From the human T2T-CHM13v2.0 reference genome, Homo sapiens, in assembly GCF_009914755.1 (NCBI RefSeq), contig NC_060927.1: a DNA stretch of 64,000 bases; one strand, written 5' to 3'. A program made the translations under genes and the position numbers. The stretch's first letter is position 1, and every line of letters begins with the position of its first letter. Shown here piece by piece: positions 27,102-43,109 of the stretch. A model generated the notes under the pieces. The model saw only the letters and a list, made by a program, of their open reading frames with translations, did no database searches and was not told the DNA's origin.

Positions 27102-30100
27102 TGAGCACTGGACATGAAATGCCTCTACCTCGAAGTGACACACAACACTTCTACTGTTATGTCAATGGCCAAAGCAAGTTATATGATTATACCTAACTTC
27201 AAGCAGGACAGGCAGTATAATCTCCTACATGCCTGAAAGTAGAGAGTATCAAAAATTGGATAGTGCTTTTAATTTTTACATTTTTTTAGAGATGGGGGTC
27301 TTACTCTATCATCCATGCTAGACTGCAGTGGACCCTCCTGCTTGGCTCAAGGGATTTTTCTGCCTCAGCCTCCTGAGGAGCTGGGATTGCAGGTGTGCAC
27401 CACCATGCCTGGCTAATATTCTACTTTTTTTTTTTTTTTTTTTTTTAGAAACAGGGTCTCACTATGATGCCCAGGCTGGTCTCAAGCTCTTGGACTCAAC
27501 CAATCCTCCCACCTCAGCCTCCCAATGTGCCAAAATTATAGGTATAAGTCTCCATACCCCACCTTGATATTGGTGAACAGTAGTAATGCCTACCACCGAC
27601 CTAAACAGTCAATAAGTTTTCCTCTTAGGGATAACAAATATATCTATTTACTGGGGAAATACTTCCTTTTCATCATCTACTGGTGTCAATTTCCCTTGAA
27701 GAGGTTCAGCCTTCGGATCTTTGCAGGTATGTGTGTCTGAATTCAAATCTATCAAATGGATACACCATGACCTTTACTCCTAGGTAATGTAAACACAGTC
27801 AGTGCTCTAGAAAATGAACAGTGCCTCAGAAACACTGTAGAAAGAATCATTGTTAATATCCTAATATGCAAGACTAATCAGATGTTATTCATTCATTCAG
27901 TCATTCACTAAGCTAATGGAAAAAATAAAGACTGATACTGAAAATTGAGCACTGAGTGAAGAGGTTTGACAGATAAGCAGAGATCCTGGGTCAGCACAGA
28001 GTCTAGTTGGCTCTCTGGGATGAGGTTCAAGAAAGGAGAAATAAGCCAGGCTCGGTGGCTCACGCCTGTAATTCCAGCATTTTGGGAGGCGGATCACCTG
28101 AGGTCAGGAGTTTGAGACCAGCCTGGCCAACATGGTGAAACCCCATCTCTAATAAAAATACCAAAAATTAGCTGGGTATAGTGGTAGGTGCCTGTAATCC
28201 CAGCTACTCAGGAGGCTGAGACAGGAGAATTGCTTGAACCTGGGAGGTGGAGGTTGAGGTGAGCCAAGATCGTGCCATTCCACTCTAGCCTGGGCAACAA
28301 GAACAAAACTCCATCTCAAAAAAAAAAAAAAAATGGAGAAATAGGCTAGATCTTTTACAACCAAAACACTTTCCCTGTCCCATTTTAGGAAAGCAAATTG
28401 TCTGAGTGTGTTGACTGGAACGGCCAGATTTGGGCTTTGTTGGACTGCTTTTTTGTTGTTGTTTTTTCGACAGGGTCTCACTCTGTTACCCAGGCTAGAG
28501 TACAGTGGTACAATCACAGCTAACTGCAGCCTTGACCTCCTGGGTTCAAGAGATCCTCTTACTTCAGCCTCCTGAGTAGGGACTACAGGCACGTGGCTAA
28601 TTTTTTGTGTTTTTTGTTTTTTTGTAGAGACAGGGTTTTGCCACATTGCCCAGGCTCATCTCAAATTCCTGCACTCAAGTGACCTGCCTGCCTTGGCCTC
28701 CCAAAGTGCTGAGATTACAGGTGTGAGCCACCATACCTGGCCTGTAGTGCTTTCAAAAAAGAAATGTATAAATTTAGTCCTTGTACCTGTGTAAGGGTGG
28801 CTTGGAATTTTGGAGCTCAGATGGCTCTGTTGAGTATGTGAGATGACTAACTTGAGACTTTTGCATGCAGCCACCTCATGCCTGAGTCAGAAGCGTGTCC
28901 CTTAGGTGTGCACTAGTGTTAGCTGACTAGGTAACCATGACAGAGTTTATCAATTCATTCGACAAACAGAATACCAAGCTAGGCCATGTGTCATGTGTTC
29001 CCATACCTGCACTATGTAAGTTTACTAATTACATTCCAGTGTTGTATAATTGCCCATATTCCCTACTCAACTGTAAGGACCAGGAGACCAATGACCATGT
29101 CTATCTTGCTCACACTGTATTGCCAGTATCTAGTACAGTGCTGAACACAAGGTAGATATGCAATGAATATTCTACTGAAAGAAATGAATGAGGCTGTATG
29201 CAAGATACTGTGCTAAGCAGGGAAATGGAGCAGATTGGAAGATAATAAAACTGGAACTTAGGGTCCGTGGAGAGACAACATGATGAACAGATGGAGCCAA
29301 ATTTTGCAAGGGCAGACGCTTATGCAAACTGGGAAGATCAATTTGAGAAAAATAATATAAAATTTTAATACAGGCTGGGTGTGGTGGCTCATGCCTGTAA
29401 TCCCAGCACTTTGCTGAGGCCGAAGTGGGTGGATCACTTGAGGTCAGGAGTTTGAGACCAGACTGGCCAACATGGTGAAATCTCGTCTCTACTAAAAATA
29501 CAAAAATTAGCCAGGCATCGTGGTGCGCACCTGTAGTCCCAGCTACTTGGGAAGCTGAGTCACGAGAATCGCTTGAACCCAGAAGGAGGAGGTTGCAGAG
29601 AGCCGAGATCATACCACTGCACTTCAGCCTGGGCGATAGAGTGAGATTCTGTCTCAAAATAAATAATACAAAATTAAGCACGTGGTCCTGGAAGAGGTTC
29701 ATGCAATTGAAGGGACTTGAAATTTAAGCTTCAGTAACTTCACAGTAACTCCATCTCTGGGGAGAAGTGGACAAATGTACTAACTACTGTGGAATCTCTA
29801 AAGATTGGTCAGAGATTTCGGCAAGGGAAAATCAAGGTTTCATAGAAGAGATCAACTGTGAGCTTCATCTTACAGAAACAAAGGAAACAAATTGCAGGTG
29901 GAAGAAACGTGCTAGATCACACAAGTGAGAAAAAGGCAGAGCGTATCTGTGGAATAGTGAGAAATACTATATGGTTAGTGTGGGGTTGGGTGAGGAAAGA
30001 CTTAGGATAGTGGTTCTCCAGACGTGATCACAGGCCAGCAGCATGGACTTCGAAAGGAAATTTGTTAGAACTGCAGCTACTCAGGCCCTAGTCCAGATTT

Positions 30101-30832
30101 ACCCAGTTCTCTTCATCCCATATCCCAAAATAAATTGTAGACAAACGAAAAAGTTAAAGCAAAAAATGCAACCAGATCCTGCATAGAAGAAAAGATTATC
30201 TCAGCAAAAGGCCAAAAATAGAACTTGCAAAGGAAAAGATTAATAGACTTGCTTTCACTACAATTTAAAATGTTTGCACCACTAACAAAATTAAAAAACA
30301 ACAAACTGCAATTACGCCTGTAATCCCAGTACTTTCGGAGGCCGAGGTGGGCGGATCACCTGAGGTCAGGAGTTTGAGACCAGCCTGGCCAACATGGTGA
30401 AACCCGTCTCTACTAAAAATACAAAAATTAGCCCCGTGTGGTGCCACGCGCCTGTAATCCCAGCTACTCGGAGGATGAGGCAGGAGAATCGCTTGAATCT
30501 GGGAGGCGGAGGTTGCAGTGAGCCAAGATCACGTCATTGCACTCCAGCCTGGGCGAAAGAGCAAGACTCTGTCTCAAAAACACACAAACAAACAAACAAA
30601 AAACATAAAGAATGCTCGTGCTATACTAATTGGAAAAAAGAACCTGTTAGAAAAAAACACAGCCAATATTCTAATTTTGAAAACAAATTTTTATGTCAGT
30701 ATAGGTATAAAAATAACGGAAAGATAGAAAGCAAAATGTTACCATTGATGAGCTCAGGGTTGTGAGATTATGGTAAATTTACTTTTGCTCTTTGTACTTT
30801 TCTGTTGTCTCCATTCTGTACTAAAAACGTAA

Positions 30833-30925
<93 letters not shown>

Positions 30926-32449
30926 TGATGCCAGAAGCTCAAGACCAGCCTGGCCAATATGGTGAAATCTCAGCACCACTAAATATACAAAAATTAGCCA
31001 GGTGTGGCAGCTCGCGCCTGTAATCTCAGCTAATCTGAAGGGTGGGGCACGAGAATTGCTTGAATTTAGGAGGTGGAGATTGCAGTGAGCCGATATCCCA
31101 TCTCTGTACTGGAGCCTGGGCGACAGAGTGAGACCGTGAGAAAGAAAAAAGAAAAAAAAGAAAAGGAAGGAAGGAAAGGAAGGAGAAATTAAGCTATTCT
31201 ACAAGTGTGTGAAAAAGTTGGAAGAACGATGTTTTAATAGCCCTGAATCAAATTTATAATAGTATTTAACAAACTCTACAATTTAGCACTCTTGAGATTT
31301 TAGGGTTTTATCCCAGCTATCACCCTCCCTTGGAGCGGGAGATGAGGAAAAGAGGGACCCAAAAATGAAACTGAAAAACACTCCAGCTAATCAAGAACTT
31401 GAAATTGCTTGCAATTTGTGACTATGTTAAACAACATCTAAACAAAGTCAAGCTCCTCTAAGTGCAAACAATACGTGGGATGCTGGGGAGAGTGTGCGTT
31501 TACTTTCACTACAAAATGTTTTGGAGTAAAACTTCATTTTGAAATATAAAGATTTTGTTGGACACAAGGCTATGTGGTAAGGCAAAATGGTAAGATGGTG
31601 GCATGACACCCCCTTGTGGTTTCCACCGATTCCCGGTTCTGTGCTAGATACTAACTATTCTAGGATTTAAAAATGTCTCTACATTTCTTCGAACTTTAAT
31701 TCGGGCCATACTAGCATTCGTGAGCATTTATTTGAGCTGAGTACGCACATAAAACTTAGGAGGTCATAAAAACTGAGCCTCACAAACAAGTAGTGTCTCT
31801 TTCAAATATAGCTTTATCTCCTGGGGGATGGTGAAGGGATCAGAGTAAAGTCTGTGATTATTACTTTCCAGCGATTGATTGGTTGATTGGCATGTGGTTG
31901 TCAGAAAAAGCAGTGGACGTGAACAAAGAGACATCATTGCAGCCCTAACTATCCGAGTGACCTTGGGTACCTGATAATCCACATGGCTCTCAGTCATCCT
32001 CTTAACCGTTTGAACCTCAGGGGTTTAGGCTACCAAAATGAATTAAGACCCAGTCTTTAGCTTCTCACACATTTACTTTTCCATTTTGTAAAATGTGACT
32101 AAAAACCTCAACTCATTGTCAAAAGGACTGAATTAAACATATCACCACACTTGCACAGAGATCATTTATGGAACCATGTTCACAAATTTATTTATGCTCG
32201 TGTAATTTAATCATTTCTACAGCTGCTCAAAGAAAGTCAAAGTCGAGAAAGGACTTAAATCGTCGAGTCCAGTCCCCCTTAACTCCTCATTCATTCCACT
32301 ATTTCTCGAGCCAAGGAATCGGGTGAAACTCAACAACGACTCGCAGTCTTCAGGTTTCACCCTCTTGCCCTGAGGGCAGCATCCTAGCCCTAGGTGGTTC
32401 TCTGGTGTGGCCTCAGTAAAACCGTGACGAGGTCCTCGGCCTCTCTGTC

Positions 32450-33700
32450 CCCAACAGGCGGCTGGCACACTTCGGGGTCTGAGATGCCATCTGCCTTGCC
32501 TAACCTGGGCAAGACCACTCGCGTCCTTTCCCTTGAGGAGCAGCGTGGGAAAGGTGCCGCTGCGCGCCACGTTTCTCCCAGTTCCCCAGGGCTTGAAGGG
32601 GCGGTGGAGGCGGGCGGGATAAATTCGCTGGCCGCCTGGCGTGGAGTAATCCTAGAGGGTGGGATCGCCCTCGGGGCTCGGGAGGGGCTCTTCCCCGCCC
32701 AGAAGGAGACTGCGGCGGCGCAAGGCCTCCGGCAGGGGGCGCGGGCCGCTGGGCCTCCCCCGGGGCTGCGGGCCGGTGGTCCCTCCCAGGCCGCGTGTGC
32801 GGTGCGTTCGCGCAGCCCGCTCCCTGCCCCCACCTCACCTCGTCACCTCCCCGCCCTCTCGGCGGGCCCCTGAGGTGCGCGGCGCAGGCGCGGAGCGTGG
32901 CGGCCAGGGCAGTGCGGCCGCGGAGCCTAGGCCAGGGGCCTGGCGCTCAGGGCGTGGGGCGCGCGGGGAGGGAGAGGGGTCGGCCCAGCACAGCGTCCGG
33001 GAGCGCTAGGGCCGGAGCAGCGCTGCCCGCCGCCGTGCGTCCGCGGGAAGGACCGCGCGGCCCCTCCGCCTGCGCTCTCGGCCGCCGCCGCCTCTGCGTG
33101 GGCCGGCCGGGAGGGCCTCGGGGGACTGACTGGTGAGTGTGAGGGAGGAGCGGGTGGGTCGGGCGCTGGACTGCTCCAGGGGACGCGGGCGTGCGGGCGC
33201 ATCTTCTAACGGGAGAGGGCGGGAGAGACCGGAGCTCCCTTTATACGGAAACTCTGCCTTCGTTATATGGCGGGATGGCGTTCCCCTCCCCCATCCCGAA
33301 GGCAGTTCCACCCCCTGCGCAGGACGCCTTGGCCGGGCTCCCCTCGGCCCCCTGCTGCCGTTGTCTTTACGGAACCTTTGGTGTCGGGGCTTGGAAGTCT
33401 CCTTGGCGCCGGCTTCTGGGCCCGGGCGAAGCTGGTGCGTGGCGCCGGGGTGGAGGCGGCTAAGTCCCAGGGACTTCTGCCCTGCGCCTCCGACGGGCAT
33501 TTGTCTGGCTGCGTCCGGGCTCGGGACGATCCTGGGTCCTCGCTGGCGCTGCGGCCCTGCCCGGCGGCTTCGTGACCTCCGGCGGCGAATCCCCGGGCTC
33601 GCGCAACGAGTTGTAGCCGCGGAGAGCAGGCGTCGATGCTGGCGCCCAAAGCCTCCAGCCTGAGAGTCGCCTCACTCGTGTGACGGTGCTTAGAAACCCC
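32450..33700 (+). promoter_or_regulatory. ZNF639: ZNF639 CpG-island promoter
   Basis: Very GC- and CpG-dense segment with GC boxes, 5' splice donors, and a YY1-like ATATGGCG near 33265. Lies upstream of the ZNF639 exons. Confidence 0.92.
32870..33132 (+). other. ZNF639: ZNF639 non-coding first exon (start approximate)
   Basis: Strong donor CTG|GTGAGT at 33132/33133 inside the CpG island. The TSS cannot be determined from sequence. Confidence 0.7.
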
Positions 33701-34790
33701 CTTTTTTGGTTTTGTCTTTAAGTACTGTCTAGGGAAACGAATCATTTGAAGCAGTTTATGCCTTTTTTGTTTTTTTCGAAGAGAAAGATTTATGCCGGAC
33801 TGAAAAATAGCGAATCAAGTATTTAGTGACCGTGTGATATTGCAGTAAAGACTGCCTCCACGTTGGACATGTAGTGGATTCTAGTTCAGGCTCTCCTGCA
33901 ACATGTTTTTGTTTCAATTCTTTTACAATTTAAAGCATATGCTTATTTTAATGAGAACGAAAAAGAAAGCTTAACTCTTTTTAAACTCGTTAAAAATGGA
34001 GTTATTTACTGTAAAGACGTCTTACAGCAATTAGGAAGAATATACATTGCATGAAAGGCCTTTTGAAACGTTTATCTATTTGATGATTGCTGACTGCCTG
34101 TTGTATGTATTCTATTTTGTGCATAGACTTTCTTGTTGGTTGAAAAAAATGACAGGTGGAAAGATGTTGGTTTCTAGGTGATATAAAAAATTTTTAAACA
34201 TTTTTCTGATTTTTCTGCAGTGACACGTGTTACATATGTCGTTTGTATTTCAGAGGGAGGGGGGACTGTGATAGGTTGCTTGTGATTCAGAATCTTCCTG
34301 CTAAGAAGACTAGTGAGCAAATGTTTATGACATCCTTGAGTAGAAAGCTAAGTTTTTTCAAGGCTGTTATGCACACAAAAGGCACATAAAAATGATTGCT
34401 AAAATGAAGGATGGTTAGCATTTTTGGTCTTGAGTAGGCATCACCATTGTGCTGAAAGGAAGTCCGATAGACATTTGGTTATCGTTCGGCCCTAAGTAGG
34501 AGTCAGACCCTTCCTGATCCGTGTGCCTCCTCCTCTCACCTAACAGCCTGAATCCAGGCCAGCTTGCAACGTTGATTTTAATACCACGCTTGGTTTCCTT
34601 TTCTTACTTTTATTCTTCAAGTTGCAAAGAACTTGAGATGCATTCTGAAATAACAAGAGACTACTTAACATGTTCGGCTGAGTGTTTTCAGTGTTCTCCC
34701 TGATACTTTTAGAGTATTTAGAACATGAAGTGTGAAGCTTTGGGCTATATGAATCGTAATAGCTCTTCTCTTTTTGATTTTTGAATGCAG

Positions 34791-35160
<370 letters not shown>

Positions 35161-35546
35161 GAGGTGAGGTATTTTATATATTGGTATCATTTCTGTACAT
35201 TTCATGGTTGTCTGTTTCTTTAGGCTATTCTGTTCCCCTTCTCCCAACTGGTAGCTAAGAACTGGAAGCAAGATGTGCATGCATTTTCATCTCTGGTTCT
35301 CCCACTTATTAGTTGACTTAACTTTCACTAAGGCTGTTTCCACATCAGTAAAAATGTAAATGGGTTTGATAGTAACTCCTCCATGTACCGCACAGGACCA
35401 TTTTGAAGATGAAATAGAATAAGGGTTAGGAAAATGCTTAATAAACTGAAAAGGCCGGGCGCGGTGGCTCACGCCTGTAATCCCAGCACCTTGGGAGGCC
35501 GAGGCGGGCAGATCACGAGGTCAGGAGATCGAGAACATCCTGGCTA

Positions 35547-35756
<210 letters not shown>

Positions 35757-35867
35757 CTATCTCATTCCCTGCTGTATTATATCACTTCAGTGCTGATATA
35801 CCCAGAACTTAGTGAAGCAGCAAAAATAGTATGTGCACCTCAGCTAGAACACCTGTCATGTGTATCA

Positions 35868-36245
<378 letters not shown>

Positions 36246-36741
36246 TCAAATCCCAACCCCAGCATTTACTGAGTATCTAGCTTTGACTTTACTGTGCCTC
36301 AGTTTCCTCAATAACAGGAACTATAATTTTGAGAGGGTGATGTGAATTTTGCATCTCATACGATTACATAGGATTAAATGAGATAAAGTATGTTCACAGC
36401 CTGGTACATAATTGGTGGTCAGTAAATTATTATTATCACTTTTACTTTTTTCTTTTTTTGTTTTGTTTTGATTTTTTGTTTTTGAGAGAGAGTCTTGCTC
36501 TGTTGCCCAGGCTGGAGTGCAGTGGCACGATGTCAGCTCACTGTAGCCCTCCGCCTCCCAGGTTCAAGCCATTCTCCTGCCTCAGCCTCTTGAGTAACTG
36601 GGATTGCAGGTGCGCACCATCACACCCGGCTGATTTTTGTATTTTTAGCAGAGACGGGATTTCACCATATTGGCCAGGCTGGTCTCGATCTTTTATTTCT
36701 TAAATAAATAATCTATAAGGGCTGTAACAGTTTAAAGTTTA

Positions 36742-37114
<373 letters not shown>

Positions 37115-37401
37115 CTATTTTGGTGTCAAAAGATTTAACTATAGGTCAGGCATGAGACTGTCTCAAAAAAAAAGAACTATAGAAGGTAAATCATTTCAAA
37201 GAAATGTGGAAATTTGCATATAATCACATATTTATCAAGATATACAGTTTTTAGTATGTAGTACATTGTTTTCAAAATAATATATCTTAATTAGTTCTGT
37301 ATAACTTTCCAATTGATTAAAGATCTGGTGCCATTGTATTATTCAGTACCAGAAATGAGCTGTATTTTTGCTTAATAACTTCTTTCATGTTTTACTTACA
37401 G

Positions 37402-37472
37402 GCATTTTTTACTGTCTACAGAAACTTATTGTAATTCATTTTTCCTCACTCCAGTAGTAAGAATTATACCAA
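37402..37472 (+). other. ZNF639: ZNF639 non-coding 5'UTR exon (71 nt)
   Basis: Acceptor TTTTACTTACAG|G and donor CAA|GTAAGT. No ATG inside. Confidence 0.8.
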
Positions 37473-38134
37473 GTAAGTGGACTGTATTGAAACTAATTAA
37501 TTTTGTAACAGTTAATGAGAATTTAATTGGATAGTGGTTGCTGCATGTGTTGTGTTCTCAGTGGAACGTTGAATGTGACCTCATAAATAGGAAAATGATT
37601 TTTTTCTTGAAAATTATTTATATTCTGATCTGTGTGATGAGTACTTTTTTCTGGAAGCCAGGAGGCCGATACATATTTGTGACAATATTTTTTTAAAGGA
37701 AATGTCTCCGCCTTTAGCTTGAAAACTACCTAAAAATACTTCCAATGGTAGGAAATGTGCCTATAAAACTCCTAGTATGGTGCCATAGGCACAGTGTTTC
37801 TTTTTTTATATATACACAAAATAAAATGACTTAAACATGTGGTTTATTGTAATTATCCAGTTCTCACAATTTATATCAACATTTGAAAAAGAATTTTTTA
37901 ACCTCCGTAAGAAAGAAAACAGAAATCAGTTTCTGCCTTGAAACCTGACTGGAAAACAATCTGAAATACAAACAGAGGCATCATTTAACACTTTTCTTAT
38001 ACCATAGATTTTCAGGTGGCTCACATATTTCATATTGCCAATAAATTCTTCAGTTAGAATTTTTATAACGTCATTAACAGTTGTTATTTGTGACATATTT
38101 GTTAATTTTTTCTCGTTTTTTAGATTGAAAAGAT

Positions 38135-38192
38135 ATGAATGAGTATCCTAAAAAAAGAAAAAGGAAGACTCTACACCCTTCTCGTTATTCAG
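38135..38192 (+). CDS. ZNF639: ZNF639 coding exon 1 (exon 38124-38192): MNEYPKKRKRKTLHPSRYS, with a basic NLS-like motif
   Basis: Acceptor TTTTTTAG| at 38123, ATG at 38135, donor CAG|GTCAGT. Phase 1 joins in frame to the next exon. Confidence 0.93.
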
Positions 38193-38656
38193 GTCAGTGT
38201 ATAATTATTTTAAAGTTGGGTATGGATTAATTCCCACAAAATTATATTCTCATCCATTTTCTCCTAAGTGATCAGATAAGACTTAAATATCTGGGTCAAT
38301 ATTTAGGTAAAACAACGGTTTAAATACATTATCTGAATATATATTCCTTATTGTCTACCATGTGCTAGGCACACATAAGAACTTTACAGACATTATATTA
38401 TTCCTCACAGCTCTATGGGTTATAAATATTTAAAATTAGATAGCCAAGGTTATTTACTTATATAACATAATTGGGATTTGCATGTCTGATACCTAAGCTG
38501 TGCTTAAGACCCAATAATGACAACCTTGGTAGAAAATATTTTACATTATTGGGGAAAAAAGACTTTATCCTCTTTATTACTTTAGGAAATGTAAACTTTC
38601 ATGCTGAATGTGTAATTTTTTTTTTTTTTTTTTTGAGACAGAGTCTCACTCTCTAG

Positions 38657-38836
<180 letters not shown>

Positions 38837-39458
38837 TGACTGTGTAATTTTAGATCCTTTCATTGAGGTTGGCTCTGCTGTGTTGGCAGTATAAGAAAAG
38901 GGGTCTTTGTGGCCATCTCTAATACACCTCGCATACATTTACTTGGGACCATCTCAGTCTTACCTATTAGTCTACCCAGCCTACACATTCTTCATATCTG
39001 AAGAAATTAACCCTAGTATACTGCTTACTGGCCCTTCCTAGACAACACTTGAAATGACTATATTCAGAAGCCCTAAGTGGTCCTTACCATTTCCCCTATG
39101 TAACAACCTTTCTCTGCATGACATGGCACACCTTCCTGGTGTTTATTTCACTGTTTTGTGCAGTTAATACAGTGTTTATCATATATTTTTATTTTGTGTG
39201 ATTCTGAGTATAAAACAAATGTATCCTTGTATATTTCAAAGTTGTTATGTTTTAGAGTATGTAATTTGTGGTTCTTTCAAAGTCCTATGTCAATATTGGA
39301 TCTGAAATATAAAAGCTTTAAAAGTTGAAAATGTATAATATTTTCATTACAGATACTATAATTAACATTAAGAACATTTGTATAAGTTAGATAACGGGAA
39401 GTTTCTCATTAAATATGTATGTTTACTGTACTTGAAATATTTTTCATTTTATGTTCAG

Positions 39459-39569
39459 ATTCCTCTGGAATAAGCAGAATTGCAGATGGATTCAATGGAA
39501 TTTTCTCTGATCATTGTTACAGTGTCTGTTCTATGAGACAGCCAGATTTAAAATATTTTGACAACAAAG
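39459..39569 (+). CDS. ZNF639: ZNF639 coding exon 2 (111 nt): DSSGISRIADGFNGIFSDHCYSVCSMRQPDLKYFDNK
   Basis: Acceptor TGTTCAG|, donor AAG|GTATAT, phase 1-1, open frame (part of ORF 39419..39604). Confidence 0.93.
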
Positions 39570-40679
39570 GTATATCTAATATTTTCGAAAATATGTTTCT
39601 TTAAACTGCTTTTACATTTTTTATTCCTTACTTGAAAATGTGGGTAAAATGTGGATTGATGATTTCAAAACAGACAAGTCTTTGAAATTTGTTACAATGT
39701 AAGAAAACAAAGTTGTATTTTTTTAAGAAAGCAAGTAATTTTAACTATTCTTTTTTTTTTTTTTTTTTTTTGAGATGGAGTCTCGCTTTGTCGCCCAGGC
39801 TGGAGTGCAGCAGCGCGATCTTGGCTCACTGCAACCTCCGCCTCCCAGGTTCAAGCAATTCTCCTGCCTTAGCTTCCTGAGTAGCTGGGGTTACAGGTGT
39901 GCGCCACCACGCTCAACTAATTTTTGTACTTTTAGTAGAGACAGGGTTTCACCATGTTGGTCAGGCTGGTCTCAAATTCCTGACCTCATGATCCGCCCAC
40001 CTTGGCCTCCAAAAGTGCTGGGATTACAGGCTTGAGCCACCGTGCCCGGCTGTAATTTTAACTTTTAACATTATTTCTGACATATAAATAAAAAAGTGCA
40101 CTCTCCTAAGTCCATTTTTTGAAGGGGGTGGGGTTAGGGGGAGACAGTCTTCATTCTGTCACCCATGCAGCCATGTCTCACTCCATGGATTATGGCTGAC
40201 TGCATTCTTGACCTCTTGAGCTAAAGCAATCCTCCCACTCAGCCTTTTGAGTAGCTGGGACTACAGGCATGCACCACGATGCCTGGCTAATTTTTAAAAA
40301 TTTTTTTGTAAAGACAGGGTCTTGCTGTGTTGCCCAGGCTGGTCTTGAACTCCTGGCCTCAAGCAGTCCTCCCATGTTGGCCTCACAGAGTGCTGAGATT
40401 GCAGGTGTGAGCCACGGCTCTCAGCCCTAAATCCACTTTAGTTGGTTAGGAATTGGTGGCAATGCAGGAGTGACTCAGAGTTGGAGTATTTATGTTGAAA
40501 GGTTAAGAATAGTGTTAGACACAGTTCTACTCAGCTATACCACATAGTGTGGAAGAAAAGAACAGAGGGTGATTTGGTATTTTTCAATGTTGGATCTTCT
40601 ATTGGTTCCTCTGTTCTACAGCATTGGTGAATGATAACAATTTACAACTTGCACTTAAGTTAGAGAGTTAGAGACATCG

Positions 40680-42309
<1,630 letters not shown>

Positions 42310-42829
42310 TTACCCGGGCTTGGTGGTGCATGTCTGTAGTCCTATCTACTCAGGAGGCTGAGGCTGAAGGATCACTTGAGCCCAGGAGTTTGAGGCTGCA
42401 GTGAGTGAGCCATGATCATGCCAGTGTACTCCAGCCTTGGCAGACTGAGCAAAACTTGGTCCCTCGCAAAATGTTGAAGCCCAGTTTTCACTATTAACCT
42501 GTATTTCAGTTTCCCCATGCTAACTTTGAAACACTGGGGCTGGCCTGAGGGTATAAAGGCTTATTCAAACTCAGTAATTTAAACTTAAAATCCTAAGGAA
42601 CTTCAAAAAGTGTAATCTAGTCCAAATGGGGCATCAATTCTAAAGCATTTGCTTGTTTGAGCAGATTTTCTGTGTCTGAGGTATATAGATAACTTATCTT
42701 TTTATGACTAAATCCAAGTCCTTAGTTCCTGTTGGAATTCAAAATCATATTTAAAAATTGATGCTTTGTTCTATAATTAATGCTTTGATTGTATAAATAA
42801 TAAGTATTCTTCCAAATCCCTTTTTACAG

Positions 42830-42964
42830 ATGATGATTCTGATACCGAGACGTCAAATGACTTGCCAAAATTTGCAGATGGAATCAAGGCCAGAAACAGA
42901 AATCAGAACTACCTGGTTCCCAGTCCTGTACTTAGAATTCTAGACCACACTGCCTTTTCTACAG
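42830..42964 (+). CDS. ZNF639: ZNF639 coding exon 3 (135 nt): DDDSDTETSNDLPKFADGIKARNRNQNYLVPSPVLRILDHTAFST
   Basis: Acceptor CCCTTTTTACAG|, donor CAG|GTTGGG, phase 1-1, open frame. Confidence 0.93.
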
Positions 42965-43109
42965 GTTGGGGGAACTAATTTATAGCATTGATATATTTTG
43001 TATTGGTGAATTTTAAAAAAAGTGCATGCAATAAATTTTTTTTTGCCCAGTTGTATTTAACAGATCTTATTTAGTTATAGTCATATAATAGGTTTGTTTT
43101 ATTCTTCAG

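Noticed and set aside
32217-33745. Long Arg/Pro/Gly/Ala-rich ORFs on both strands
   Set aside because: CpG-island composition artefact; many start at GTG/TTG and show no recognisable domain.
43094-43109. Apparent N-terminus MFYSS of the 389-aa ORF
   Set aside because: The TTG start lies in the intronic polypyrimidine tract; the real exon starts at 43110.
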